Shown here: positions 27,741 through 37,764 of the stretch, in pieces | Layout: each line of letters starts with the position of its first letter | Numbering within the stretch: position 1 is the first letter of the stretch | Source of the DNA: Trypanosoma brucei | Taxonomy: Eukaryota | Direction: 5' to 3' | DNA: 64,000 nt | Assembly (NCBI GenBank): GCA_000002445.1 | Contig: CP000066.1 | Span: forward strand, 1,312,001 to 1,376,000 | Translations under genes and position numbers: made by a program | Notes under the pieces: generated by a model | What the model was told of the DNA's origin: nothing | Database searches by the model: none | What the model saw: only the letters and a program-made list of their open reading frames with translations

Positions 27741-30356
27741 TCACCGCGGAAAGAACAGGTAGGAGAGCTTTTGTCCACATCCCCACCGGCTCTGTAACCA
27801 GCCGCTCATCCTTATGCGCTCCACAGCTCGGTGCACGGCCAGTCGCGCATGAGGAAGCGGATTCAATCGGAAGAATTCGTCGAACTCCTTAGCATATGCT
27901 TCACCCGTGAGTGAAGAGCCAACAGCTTCCACGATGGCCTGAATCCGAAACGTTCCGCTTCCCCACTGCTTCTCGATTCCCTGGAAGTGCTTCTTGAACA
28001 GCGACCAGACATAGCCATTTGGAAGAGAGGGGCTTCCCGCCATCGCAGAAAATATCACACCACCATACTGTGACCGGATACCGTCGTTATAGATACAGCG
28101 CTTCGCAATACCCTCGACAAATTCGGCATCCTCGGCATAGCAGACGGCTCGCAGCAACGAGCGGCATAACTCTACGTTGTCATGAGCCTCCGCAAACCGA
28201 TTCCACACAGTCTGCGCACGTGCCGAAGTTTCCCCGGGTCCTAAGCGTATATACGCTGCCAGGGACATGGTAAGCGTGTCGGCGGTATACGTTGACCCTC
28301 CCAGATAAGCATCTGCTTCCTTCAGTGCCCACTCAACTGCTGGCAGCGCGAGTGCCTCCTTTGCAGACAGGCAATGAAGTGCCGTGGAAATGCATGCGTT
28401 GATAAAGAAGGCACGCTGCAGGCGCTCCTCTGCCGTACACGGTTCTGTCGAAACAAGCTTCGTCGCCACAACCATAATCTGGTACATTAGATTGTGTCGC
28501 AGCTCCCGCCGCACGTTGCCATCTTCCACGAATCCAAGGAAGTCATTCATATCGTGGTAGTACTCCTGCCACACTCCCGCATTCAACTCTCGCTCTGTGA
28601 GGACGCACCGGAGGATAGACAAACGCTCCACGTCATTATTTCCCATGTACACGGACGCCAGTGTGTCTGCAATCAAACCACAACGGTCAGGGATGGTAAG
28701 AGACTTGTATGCCCCCAACAATGACGAGAAGCTTGCTTCATCGTATCTGCAACGAAAGAAGCCTCGCCTCCGCGGGTTTGCGTTAATCCAGGGCGACTGA
28801 GCGAGCTCTTTAGGGAGATCCACACGCTGTTCCCCGCTCCCCCGCAAGGCGACACGGTGGCTGGTCCCATTGGCGCCTTCCAACACCACAGGCACACACC
28901 ATAGAGTACTCCTCCGCTCAGTCGCAGAGGCAAATTGACAAGGCTCTTGGCGCAGTATAACTACGCCAGACGATGGGCGGCTGACGTGGACAAGAGGGAA
29001 ACCCATCTGTGTTGTGAAAGAATCCATCGCCTCCGTCAGTGGGACCCCAGAGGACTCTTCCAGTGCCTCCCACAGTTGTTTCGTCGTTGTTGCGCCATAG
29101 CGATGCTTTTTGATGTAATGGGCCACCGAAGATGCCCACTTCTCGCCTAGGAACGCCTCTAGCATGTGCACCAGACCCATCCCCTTGTCGTAGCTAATCG
29201 CGTCGAATATCTGAGTAATCTCCGCGGGATCGCGGATGGGAACTTCCACAGGATGACTGTGCTCGTACATGTCACTTATCAGTGCGCTCGCCACACTTGC
29301 GTTGGCGTCCTCGTTGGCCCTCCATGCCGGCTGTAATTGGTGGGCAGCGTCATAGCCACACCACGAGGCAAATCCCTCCTTCAGCCATAGTCCTTCCCAC
29401 CAGTTGACGGTCACCAGGTTGCCAAACCAGTTGTGCGACACCTCGTGGCAGATCAACTCCGCGGCACCCTTCAGTGCTGCAACACTGGACGTTTCTTCAT
29501 CCACCAAAATGGCCTCCACGCAGGCAATGCAACCCCAGTTTTCCATCCCCCCGATTGGAAAGTCCGGTACGGCGACGACATCTAACTTGGGTAGGGGGTA
29601 CTTGCAATCAAAGAACTTCTCGAAGTACTCCAATGCAAAGGCGGTAGTGCGGAGTGCGAATGCTGCGCGCTGCAGCTTTCCAGGTACTGTGTAGACCCTT
29701 ATCGGTATGCCACAGGTTGTGGTACCAATGTGTTCCAGTTCCCCCACGAAACACGCGGTGAGATATGGAGGCACTGCGGGCACCATCTCAAAATCATAGG
29801 TCACGACATTGGACTCCACCTTCTTCGCACGGAGCGGACCGTTCGACAGCACCGTGTAGTTTTCCATGTCGCACGGAAGGGACACACGGAGCTTGAAGTC
29901 TGCACGGGCTGCCGGCTCGTCCTGACAGATGTAAAAGCAGCGCGCTGCTGTCGGCTCAAAATGCGTAGCAGCCATGCGGTGCTCCGTGCCGTCACCAGTT
30001 TTGAAGCACACACGGTAAAAGCCCCTCATTTCCTCTCGAATTTCTTGCGTGTAGCTGAACGTCACCGTGTGCTCCTCCGCAGTTTCACCACTCAGCTGCA
30101 ACTGCAAGGTGCTGGCCTCTTGGTTGTGCCCCACAATTGTCGCCCCACACACCTCGTGAATAGCCATCGTTGAGTTGTAATGCAACTGCAGCTCCTTTGA
30201 TCCTTCCACATCAGCCGCCCTTCGCAGTACAATTGTTTCCTTCCCATCGTACTTCCAACCTGCGAGGTCTACGCTGACGTGCAAGTCGTAGGACACAGGG
30301 ACGAAGGGGTTGCGTAACTTCACCGTATTCGCGGCATCTGAGGGGAGAGTTGGCAT
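27741..30356 (-). CDS. M1-family zinc aminopeptidase (puromycin-sensitive/aminopeptidase N-like), copy A
   Basis: 871-aa ORF. GGMENWG (GAMEN exopeptidase motif). HEVSHNWFGNLVTVNWWEGLWLKEGFASW is the gluzincin HExxH-x18-E motif. ERAP1-like C-terminal helical domain. Confidence 0.9.
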   Translation of the reverse strand: MPTLPSDAANTVKLRNPFVPVSYDLHVSVDLAGWKYDGKETIVLRRAADVEGSKELQLHYNSTMAIHEVCGATIVGHNQEASTLQLQLSGETAEEHTVTFSYTQEIREEMRGFYRVCFKTGDGTEHRMAATHFEPTAARCFYICQDEPAARADFKLRVSLPCDMENYTVLSNGPLRAKKVESNVVTYDFEMVPAVPPYLTACFVGELEHIGTTTCGIPIRVYTVPGKLQRAAFALRTTAFALEYFEKFFDCKYPLPKLDVVAVPDFPIGGMENWGCIACVEAILVDEETSSVAALKGAAELICHEVSHNWFGNLVTVNWWEGLWLKEGFASWCGYDAAHQLQPAWRANEDANASVASALISDMYEHSHPVEVPIRDPAEITQIFDAISYDKGMGLVHMLEAFLGEKWASSVAHYIKKHRYGATTTKQLWEALEESSGVPLTEAMDSFTTQMGFPLVHVSRPSSGVVILRQEPCQFASATERRSTLWCVPVVLEGANGTSHRVALRGSGEQRVDLPKELAQSPWINANPRRRGFFRCRYDEASFSSLLGAYKSLTIPDRCGLIADTLASVYMGNNDVERLSILRCVLTERELNAGVWQEYYHDMNDFLGFVEDGNVRRELRHNLMYQIMVVATKLVSTEPCTAEERLQRAFFINACISTALHCLSAKEALALPAVEWALKEADAYLGGSTYTADTLTMSLAAYIRLGPGETSARAQTVWNRFAEAHDNVELCRSLLRAVCYAEDAEFVEGIAKRCIYNDGIRSQYGGVIFSAMAGSPSLPNGYVWSLFKKHFQGIEKQWGSGTFRIQAIVEAVGSSLTGEAYAKEFDEFFRLNPLPHARLAVHRAVERIRMSGWLQSRWGCGQKLSYLFFPR

Positions 30357-30639
30357 GTTAAACCCTTGATTGATAACTTGTTAACTTGTCTGAAAAGTGA
30401 GAAAGCGCAAGGTTGCAATCAGTGAGGACAACACGCGGCAGGAGGGGGGAGGGTTCGAGTTGCGAAAGAGGTGTGACAGGGCACAGAACGACCTCCTACA
30501 GCACGCAGTACAATCAAAGCGAAAAGGGATTTACACGGTGTAGAGCAATAGAGTTGAACTCGTTTTGGAGTGGTGCTTGGGTTTATTAATACTTTTTTTT
30601 TTTTTTGATTAACTGCCGATGTAAATAATTTTTTATTTG

Positions 30640-32390
30640 ATGTTCATAGGTTGATTGTATTTCTTGACGGTTTGACTGCTCTGATTTGCACTTTAGTTAT
30701 CTGTTGAAGCTGCATTATTGTTAACGCACGGTTTTGATTCCGTTGTTTTCCCACACCATGAAGGAGAAATATCTTTGAAGTTTGCTGTTGTGTTTTTGTC
30801 CTCATCATTTCTTTTCTGAGAAAATCTGAAAATAGATGGCCGTTCATTTATACCAGGTTGGTATATGGACCACTGTCATTTTTCTTCAAACCTTTGTTGC
30901 CATATCCCACAGATTTATCAAAACGGTATGCACACTGCAACAGAACAAACACTGTTCCCTTTTTTCCAGCACATTCGTCTGGCTGAGATGCCTGGTCACG
31001 TTGTTACCCTTTCAAACAGAGCGGTTAACTTTTCTTCGCCTAACAGAAAAAAATGCCTCACTCCATAGTTTAAAAGCTTCCGTTGGTCACATAATCGAAT
31101 GTTTTGTCCCTCCGCAGGACAACGCTGTCTCTACCTTCAGTGTCAGCGTTAACCGTTCGTTTTCCCCCATTAAACATGAATTGCGAGTGGTCTGGCTTGG
31201 CTCCGTGCGAACACGCATACTTTAAAGAACACGTCCCCGTAACCTCACGTTTCTAACGGAGTGAAAAGGTCCGACAGTATTCGAAACACGTGCAATTCAA
31301 CACAACGTGTGTGAAGGAAGAAAGAGCGGAAAAACAACACAAGTTATTGCGAAGGCAAGCAAGGAGTCAAACGCCACATACTCTTTCATTGCAAACTTTC
31401 ACTTGCATAGCGGGGCAGCAGACTCTAAGGCGCGCGGCGGTTAATAACATTGCGCTCCTACGGCTCAAAACCGGCGCTAACTTTGTTCCGTGCAAGCAGG
31501 ACTATGATGCAAGCAAAACCACACAGCAAAGAGACCTAGCCTACAATCGAGCCTTGACTCCAAGCAAACAGAAGGAGAAAGATTCGAATATATAAATCAG
31601 GAATAGAGAACAACAGCGCCGCCGGCTTGCAAACGAAAAACAGCAGATGACAAAAGGAATACAAATTTTCTCCGCTGCTCTCTCGGCGTATTTCTTTATG
31701 GGCAGAAGTTACAACACAACTCACTACAGTCAAAAATTGGAATTCTCTTCTGTATTTAGCACCTTTCTCAGTGATGGTGGCCTCTGATCTTGCTAACACC
31801 TCTCCGCACATCCCGGATACGGTGGCGACTTTCACAGGCCAGAGGAAAAGAAAAAAGAAACGGGGGAAAAACACTACCACCAATACTGAAAGAGAAGGTC
31901 CCTTTATATATTTTTGCTTCTTCGCACCATATTTCTTGCCCCTCTATCAGCAGCGACATGCAGGAGCAGCGTGACAAGAAGGCGATAGGAAACCAGAAGG
32001 CATGACATTTAGGTGCCACACCCGTCGCACCCCGTTAAGTGAGTAACAGCGATATAAATTAAAAACAAAAAAAGAAAAATAACGTCAGAACCAGAAGAAA
32101 TACAAAACAACGCCAGCCAAAAACAGAAAATAAAAATGATGCAGAGCACAAACGTCGATATGGGGAGCAGGAGCCACACCTGCCACACTGCCCTAAACGG
32201 ATAAACAATAAAAGGGCTCGCGTTACTAAACACAAGCAATATAGAACAATAACAAAACTTACCCAGCTCTTTATACTACCTCTACAACAACAAAATAATA
32301 AAGATATATATATATATATATCAGCGATACTACTGTTCCTTTGGACATATATCATCGATCGAAAAAACACGAAAAGAGGCCTTCCCCCAA
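30640..32390 (-). pseudogene. Decayed, 5'-truncated paralogous remnant of the 619-aa coiled-coil gene (40639..42498) in the inter-copy spacer
   Basis: Collinear degenerate similarity at about +10,024 to +10,040 offset. Example: 30701-30760 ctgttgaagctgcattattgttaacgca versus 40601-40630 ttgttgaagatttgtagctgttgttaacaaa. Example: 30835-30870 ttcttttctgag...gttcatttataccaggttggtatatgg versus 40755-40860 ttcttttgtgag...gttcatttgtgtgtggtagcatatgg. Example: 31745-31830 cctttctcagtgatgg...ggatacggtggcgactttcacagg versus 41785-41870 cctttctcagcgaagg...ggttacggcactgcactgg. Only short ORFs (under 120 aa) remain on the minus strand here. Confidence 0.5.
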
Positions 32391-32509
32391 ATGTAAAGAC
32401 CCATTCGTACAATCCAATTTTTTCGTGTTGCAGTCTCGCACGTCTCAGCAACACTGCATATCCCTTCAGCCCATAATCCCAACAGACACACGCATATAAA
32501 CCGCAAAGC

Positions 32510-34492
32510 CTAAATAAGAGCAAACTCTCGAACACTGTCAAGGACGGTACGCGCCTTCGTTAAAGCAGTCATCATCGCCGTGGTGGCGCTTCGTTGCTGA
32601 GCAATTTGTGGTGGCTCCGCAAGCAACTCTCCAACGGTCCTTTCAGAATACAGTTTTCGCACCAACCTGGCATACACATCCTCACGCAACTTAGTTATCA
32701 TGAGAAGAGTGATCGCTTTCGGTACCTGATCAGCAACATTACTCTTCACAACAGCAAAGTAGCCCTCCACCATCTCACGAATTGCATCGTTGATATACTG
32801 TTCATGCGTTGACATTTTACCGTTCAACTTAATGGAAGATGGTACAGCACCCATGTTGGATTTCTCCCCTTGAGAGACGGCAGATTCTATCAGTCCTTTG
32901 ACACCTTTATCCTTGCTCACCTTCGCCTTACCCTTATCTTTATCATTTTCATTACCACCTTCCTCCTTTGACTCTTGGGCATTGCCACCAAATATTTTGA
33001 TGAACGATCGCTGCACAAGATCCTCCATCAGTGGATGTTTCACATTGATGAAACCACGTTCAGCAGCAATGATTGTTTTAACATGCTCTACCGTGGGCGC
33101 ACGGAATTCATTCAGCGCCTCACGGCATATATCCACAACAGCCTGCTTCAGTTTGGGGAAGCGCTCCAACTTGATTGAGCAGGCGTCGACGATCTTTATG
33201 AGTTCCTCGTACGTAAATTGCACGCACTTGAGTGACGGATCCTCCAAGCGCCCGATCTGCTGTTTTGCAAGTGCAACAAACACGTGATCTGATGGAAACA
33301 GGGACGCGTGCATACCAGCCATGTTCCGTGCATTAATGCGAATATACTCGTCGGTAAGGTCATTCTTCGCACTGATGCCGTTAACATATGTAGAGAAACA
33401 TTCATGGAATATATAGTCAAGGCGGGCGCCACCAAGCAGTTCCTTAGAAGCATCCGATGCACCGCCATCAATTGTGTGGCTGAGTGTGTCGCAAAACACT
33501 TTGATTAATGCCAGCATGCTAGCACCAGGATCGATATTGTCTTGCTCACGCATACCAAGCCTTTCCATCTGTTTCCTTGTATCATCCAAGAGCTTGTCTA
33601 CATGACTCTTTAACTCTGGAATAACCATCTTGATGTGCTCGAGCAAGAGACCATTTAACTTCTGTGTCAGGTACTCTGTGCCCTGTGTGTCAGCAATGGA
33701 CGCATATGCCGGGTGGTTGCGAAAAAATTCCTTTTCATCGTCACGAGCCGCTTGCATCCCCTTTGATGTATTTATATCATGTTGGCTGCGGTTAACGACA
33801 CCAACGAAGCCGTGTCGAAGAGGCAAAACCTTCCCAGTAAGGATGTCGTACGCATTAGTGCCGCGATCCATAAGGTCCAGTTTCGTTAACACCCCAAGGG
33901 TCCTCAGACCTTCGGGATCCAACTGCTTGGCTATCTGGAGCGAAGAGCTCGTGGCCAAGTCAGCGTTTGCAGGAGATATCGCAAGAATAATTGTGTTTGA
34001 AGGAGAGATGTAACGCGTTACCATACTCTTGATCTGCCGATCGATATCTTTTGGTTGGTCACCAACGGCGTTCATCACGAGCCCGGGAAGATCGACAAGT
34101 GTCAGGTTAAGCACATGGGATGAGTAAATCTTGAGATTAATAGGCTTATCCGTAATAGCGGAGTGCCCAGCAACTTCCGTTGTACGGTTCTGAATCTCCT
34201 CATTGATCTCAGAAAAATCAAAAAACTTCTTATTGGGTCTGTGGAGAAACTCACCCCATTCATCCTTGTTTGACCTTGGTAACTGTACCAGCTGCAAAAC
34301 CAGTGGGCACCGTGTCACAATGCCTGAACCACGAGGAAGGAAATCCTTACCGACAATAGCCTCCAGCACACTGCTTTTGCCGGCACTCTGACTTCCCACA
34401 ACAGCAATCTGTGGGAGGTTAAGCTTGATGTTCATCTTGACATTTGCAAAGGCATCGTGTAGGTCATTGACGACCGAGATGAGTCGCTCCAT
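32510..34492 (-). CDS. DLP2: Dynamin-like protein, copy B (probably TbDLP2)
   Basis: 660-aa ORF with the same motifs as copy A. It differs at about 17 residues: ERTIAV to LRTLGV, TDAY to TNAY, LSLRH to LPLRH, REHDRVDP to REQDNIDP, CDAINH to CDTLSH, plus several C-terminal changes. The N-terminal GTPase domain is identical. Confidence 0.9.
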   Translation of the reverse strand: MERLISVVNDLHDAFANVKMNIKLNLPQIAVVGSQSAGKSSVLEAIVGKDFLPRGSGIVTRCPLVLQLVQLPRSNKDEWGEFLHRPNKKFFDFSEINEEIQNRTTEVAGHSAITDKPINLKIYSSHVLNLTLVDLPGLVMNAVGDQPKDIDRQIKSMVTRYISPSNTIILAISPANADLATSSSLQIAKQLDPEGLRTLGVLTKLDLMDRGTNAYDILTGKVLPLRHGFVGVVNRSQHDINTSKGMQAARDDEKEFFRNHPAYASIADTQGTEYLTQKLNGLLLEHIKMVIPELKSHVDKLLDDTRKQMERLGMREQDNIDPGASMLALIKVFCDTLSHTIDGGASDASKELLGGARLDYIFHECFSTYVNGISAKNDLTDEYIRINARNMAGMHASLFPSDHVFVALAKQQIGRLEDPSLKCVQFTYEELIKIVDACSIKLERFPKLKQAVVDICREALNEFRAPTVEHVKTIIAAERGFINVKHPLMEDLVQRSFIKIFGGNAQESKEEGGNENDKDKGKAKVSKDKGVKGLIESAVSQGEKSNMGAVPSSIKLNGKMSTHEQYINDAIREMVEGYFAVVKSNVADQVPKAITLLMITKLREDVYARLVRKLYSERTVGELLAEPPQIAQQRSATTAMMTALTKARTVLDSVREFALI

Positions 34493-34760
34493 AGGATCAA
34501 AAGTATCTAATAAAGGTGTAAGATATTAGTGTGCATGTGTGTGTGAAGAGGGGGAGATATAAACATCAACAAGGAAAGAACCACATGCAAGAACAATGAT
34601 AACGAACATAAGGTGGGAATTCGGAAGACACTGTCACACATTTATCGTCACAGAGGTAGATTTTGCCTCATAGAAGAAGAGGGAAATATGATCTATTTTA
34701 CAGGGTATGAGGTTGTGCGGCCCCCCTTACCTAGTCACAGCAGTATGGATCAGTAATCTT

Positions 34761-35927
34761 TCACCCGGTTCCATCCTCATTTTTATCGTCACTCAGAAGA
34801 CCAAGCAACCGCTGTCGCCGCCGCCTCGCCTCAGAAACCTCCTGCAAAACGTGTGGTGCGTACGGTATCCTAATTCGCAGTTCACCATTCACCGAGCTGC
34901 GTTGTACATTAACACCCGAGGGAGCAACCTCTTGGCTTAACGGAACCTGGATGAGTTTCTCCTTAACAAACACTCGTATGTAGTTCACTTCCACTTGTAC
35001 GTCAATTAGCGTTGTGGAGAGGAATCTCGGTACCTTCACTGTCAACACAACTGCTTCACCATCATCCGCTTCCTCGTCAAGAGTGAAGGGGAGTTTGGGT
35101 TCGTTTCTCAGCAGAAGCCGCCCGTGCTTCGCTATCTCCTCCTCCGCAGTGAGACGCTGCGGCTTCCTTTCCAACTCTTCACGTATCGCGCCGAACTGAC
35201 TAGACCGCTCACGTTCCCGTTGCTCTTCCCTTTTGCGCCTCTCCTCCTCCTCCTTCTCGCGCAGCATCTGGAGCCGCTCCTCTGGAGTATGGCCATATAA
35301 ACGCTCACCCTTCTCGTTGTATCGTGGCGGAAAGGGGTCAACGCCTCGTGCAACCATCTCTGACTTGATACGCTCCGCTTCCTGCAGTCGCAGTGCCTCC
35401 TCATTCACAGCGACTGAAATGTCGTCTTTGCTTTGACGCGCCTCCAGCCGCTCTGTCTTAATTACCTCTTCTCCATCGAGCTCACGCAGCTGCGGCAGCG
35501 CGTGCACAACGTAGGCACGGTACCCGGCCACCTTCGTGCATGGGTTTCCAGTAAGATGCAACTGGTCCAGGAAAGCGTTCGCCCGCAGGCGCTCCACGCA
35601 TGTCACGTCCGCCACAAAGTTCAGCGTCAGATCCAGACGCTCCAGGGCCTCACATCCCTCGAGACCTTCGATGTAAGTAATATTGTTCACAGCAAGGTTC
35701 AAATATTTGAGATACTTGAGATGCTGTAGGCCCTCGATGCGGGAAATGTAGTTGTTGCACAAGTATAGGATCTCCAGCTCACGACACGCGTCCCCAATGA
35801 GCTCGATCCTTTCAATGTCCTGCTGATGCAGTGCCACCTCCTTCAGGTTGCTTAGGCAACCTTCATTGTGCTCCGCGCGACGCCGAAGAAGGTCGGTAGT
35901 GATGCGGCCCATTGCTTGTATGAACAA
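34761..35927 (-). CDS. LRTP: LRRC6/TILB (LRTP-like) protein, copy B (identical to copy A)
   Basis: 388-aa ORF, 100% identical in translation to 24737..25903. Confidence 0.8.
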   Translation of the reverse strand: MFIQAMGRITTDLLRRRAEHNEGCLSNLKEVALHQQDIERIELIGDACRELEILYLCNNYISRIEGLQHLKYLKYLNLAVNNITYIEGLEGCEALERLDLTLNFVADVTCVERLRANAFLDQLHLTGNPCTKVAGYRAYVVHALPQLRELDGEEVIKTERLEARQSKDDISVAVNEEALRLQEAERIKSEMVARGVDPFPPRYNEKGERLYGHTPEERLQMLREKEEEERRKREEQRERERSSQFGAIREELERKPQRLTAEEEIAKHGRLLLRNEPKLPFTLDEEADDGEAVVLTVKVPRFLSTTLIDVQVEVNYIRVFVKEKLIQVPLSQEVAPSGVNVQRSSVNGELRIRIPYAPHVLQEVSEARRRRQRLLGLLSDDKNEDGTG

Positions 35928-36119
35928 TTAAAACAAAGGTCCGCTGCTTATGCCGCCCGCCCTATAAGCAACAGGATACTCTATACCTTGAAGAAGGAAC
36001 GGAAAGAAGTGATGAAATAGGGAGAACGCGGCAATACCGGAATGCTGATGCACTAATGGGACCGCATAGCACCGCTACGGAATTCTCGATAGAAACTACA
36101 CCCGAGACCATTACGTACC

Positions 36120-37394
36120 TCAGAGTGGCGGCATGGTGGGGGCTCCACAGCTACTATCCCCAAATGCCATCTGCAGTGCCCGCCGCGCGTCGTCAAAACG
36201 CTGGTGATCCCCAGACAACATCGCCTCGTCCACCACCTCAGTGTGGCGCAGCAGCACCGTGTCTTCGTCGCGCAGTTTGTGTCTGTACTCATAGTGTCCC
36301 AGCCGCACCAACTCACGCCCCGCAACGGACGCGCGCATAAGCGTCAGGAAGGTGTCCATCAACACCTCGTAGAACGGTGACGACATGGCATGCCGCCGCA
36401 GCAGCATGTGCAAGCCTGACACCGTTGAGTCCAGCGCCTCGTGCGAGCCTGCGGGAAAGACGGCGCGGATAGCATCACGGTGGCGGAAGTGGTAGTCAAG
36501 GCGGCGTCCGAACACGAACTCACGCGCCGCATGATTTGTGCATGCCATCGCTATGGTTGCTACAGCGCATGAGGGCAACGGAGATCCCAGTGGAAGTCCC
36601 AGCACACCATTCACCAGCTGCTCTGTTGCACTAGTCGCGTGCTGCAGATAAGACATCGTCGCTGACACGGACCCAGGGTACTCACTACTTACCAACCCGG
36701 CACCCATGCTACACAGTGGTACACACCCGTTCACGAGCGAAAGAATTTCCGCTGCCAATGGTCCATCTAACCACGTAACACTCTCTCGTCGCCAGAGCCG
36801 CTCCGTCAGCGACTGCAATGAACGGGAAAGCTCAACGTCAGCCTTACCACCCAAAGCGAACGAAAGCGTGACACCGCTATTCCTATTGGCATCACCTCCA
36901 TCACACGCAGCCGCAGACGTCACGGCCCATTCCCTTGCAAAAAGAGGCCCGGACACAACAACTAACTTCGATGGCAGATCCTGAGACACCCGCCCAAGCT
37001 GCTCCAGTGGCGTCAAGCCTTCTCTAGTAAAACCACGTGTGAACAGGAGCATCGGCGCGTCAGCGTGATTCTGCGCGCACCTAACCATCGGGGGCGTATG
37101 AGCGCCGTCATTTTCCAGGCACGTCGCTGGGACGCATGAAAGTACAGCATCCACACCTACGTCATCCTTTATGGGCTCCGCATCTACAGCGCGCACTGTC
37201 AACCCCGATGGCGCTCGTATGCGTCGGTCAGCCAGGCGGAAAGTGCGTGAGCCATACTGCACATCATGAAGGTAGTCACGGTCACGCCCTACCATCGTCA
37301 CCTCACAAGACGCGGCCGCCCCATTCGCTAGCAGAGAGAGGGCACATGCAGTCCCCAGCTCCCCACTACCAAGCACAAGTAGTCGGGTGCGCAT
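36120..37394 (-). CDS. Hypothetical Rossmann-fold protein, copy B (identical to copy A)
   Basis: 424-aa ORF identical to 26096..27370. Confidence 0.55.
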   Translation of the reverse strand: MRTRLLVLGSGELGTACALSLLANGAAASCEVTMVGRDRDYLHDVQYGSRTFRLADRRIRAPSGLTVRAVDAEPIKDDVGVDAVLSCVPATCLENDGAHTPPMVRCAQNHADAPMLLFTRGFTREGLTPLEQLGRVSQDLPSKLVVVSGPLFAREWAVTSAAACDGGDANRNSGVTLSFALGGKADVELSRSLQSLTERLWRRESVTWLDGPLAAEILSLVNGCVPLCSMGAGLVSSEYPGSVSATMSYLQHATSATEQLVNGVLGLPLGSPLPSCAVATIAMACTNHAAREFVFGRRLDYHFRHRDAIRAVFPAGSHEALDSTVSGLHMLLRRHAMSSPFYEVLMDTFLTLMRASVAGRELVRLGHYEYRHKLRDEDTVLLRHTEVVDEAMLSGDHQRFDDARRALQMAFGDSSCGAPTMPPL

Positions 37395-37764
37395 GACAAA
37401 TTCACAGATCTGCCCCGTACCTCACCGCTCCAAACATCAAACCTTGGAGAGGCAACATCAAAGGAGGATAGGGAACAACAAAGACATATGGAGGAGTAGC
37501 AACCGCAGGCTGCAACACTGTAGTGACGGGGAACCAACAAAAAATATGCAAACGCCATGTCCACCACTCACAAGCAAGCTGGTGGGAAGTCTCCCGATGA
37601 ATGGTAAAATAAATGTTACCCACTCATGCGCTAGCAATAAACTTTACCAATACTACCTCCTTCATGTTTCTCATTTCTCCCTCCCCAACCCTAAAAATAA
37701 AATTCACCTGTGTTTCCTGCACACACAGTCATGCGTAGTGGAGCCATGCACAAAATATACTGGC

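Larger units (their letters stand above)
22366..30575. repeat. Segmental duplication, copy 1 (8,210 bp; DLP-A, LRTP, Rossmann hypothetical, M1 aminopeptidase and their intergenic regions)
   Basis: Direct repeat with 32390..40599 at a constant offset of 10,024 bp. The left junction is at aatgtaaagaccc (22366/32390). The right junction is after ggagtggtg (30575/40599). Outside the DLP ORFs the two copies read identical by eye, including intergenic sequence. Confidence 0.9.

Noticed and set aside
30454-30470. ggttcgagttgcg (also at 40478), reminiscent of a tRNA T-arm (GGTTCGAnTCC)
   Set aside because: There is no flanking acceptor-stem complementarity or A/B box context. It lies in the shared 5' flank of the aminopeptidase copies. 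No other tRNA-like cloverleaf candidates were found by eye, though a systematic tRNAscan was not possible.
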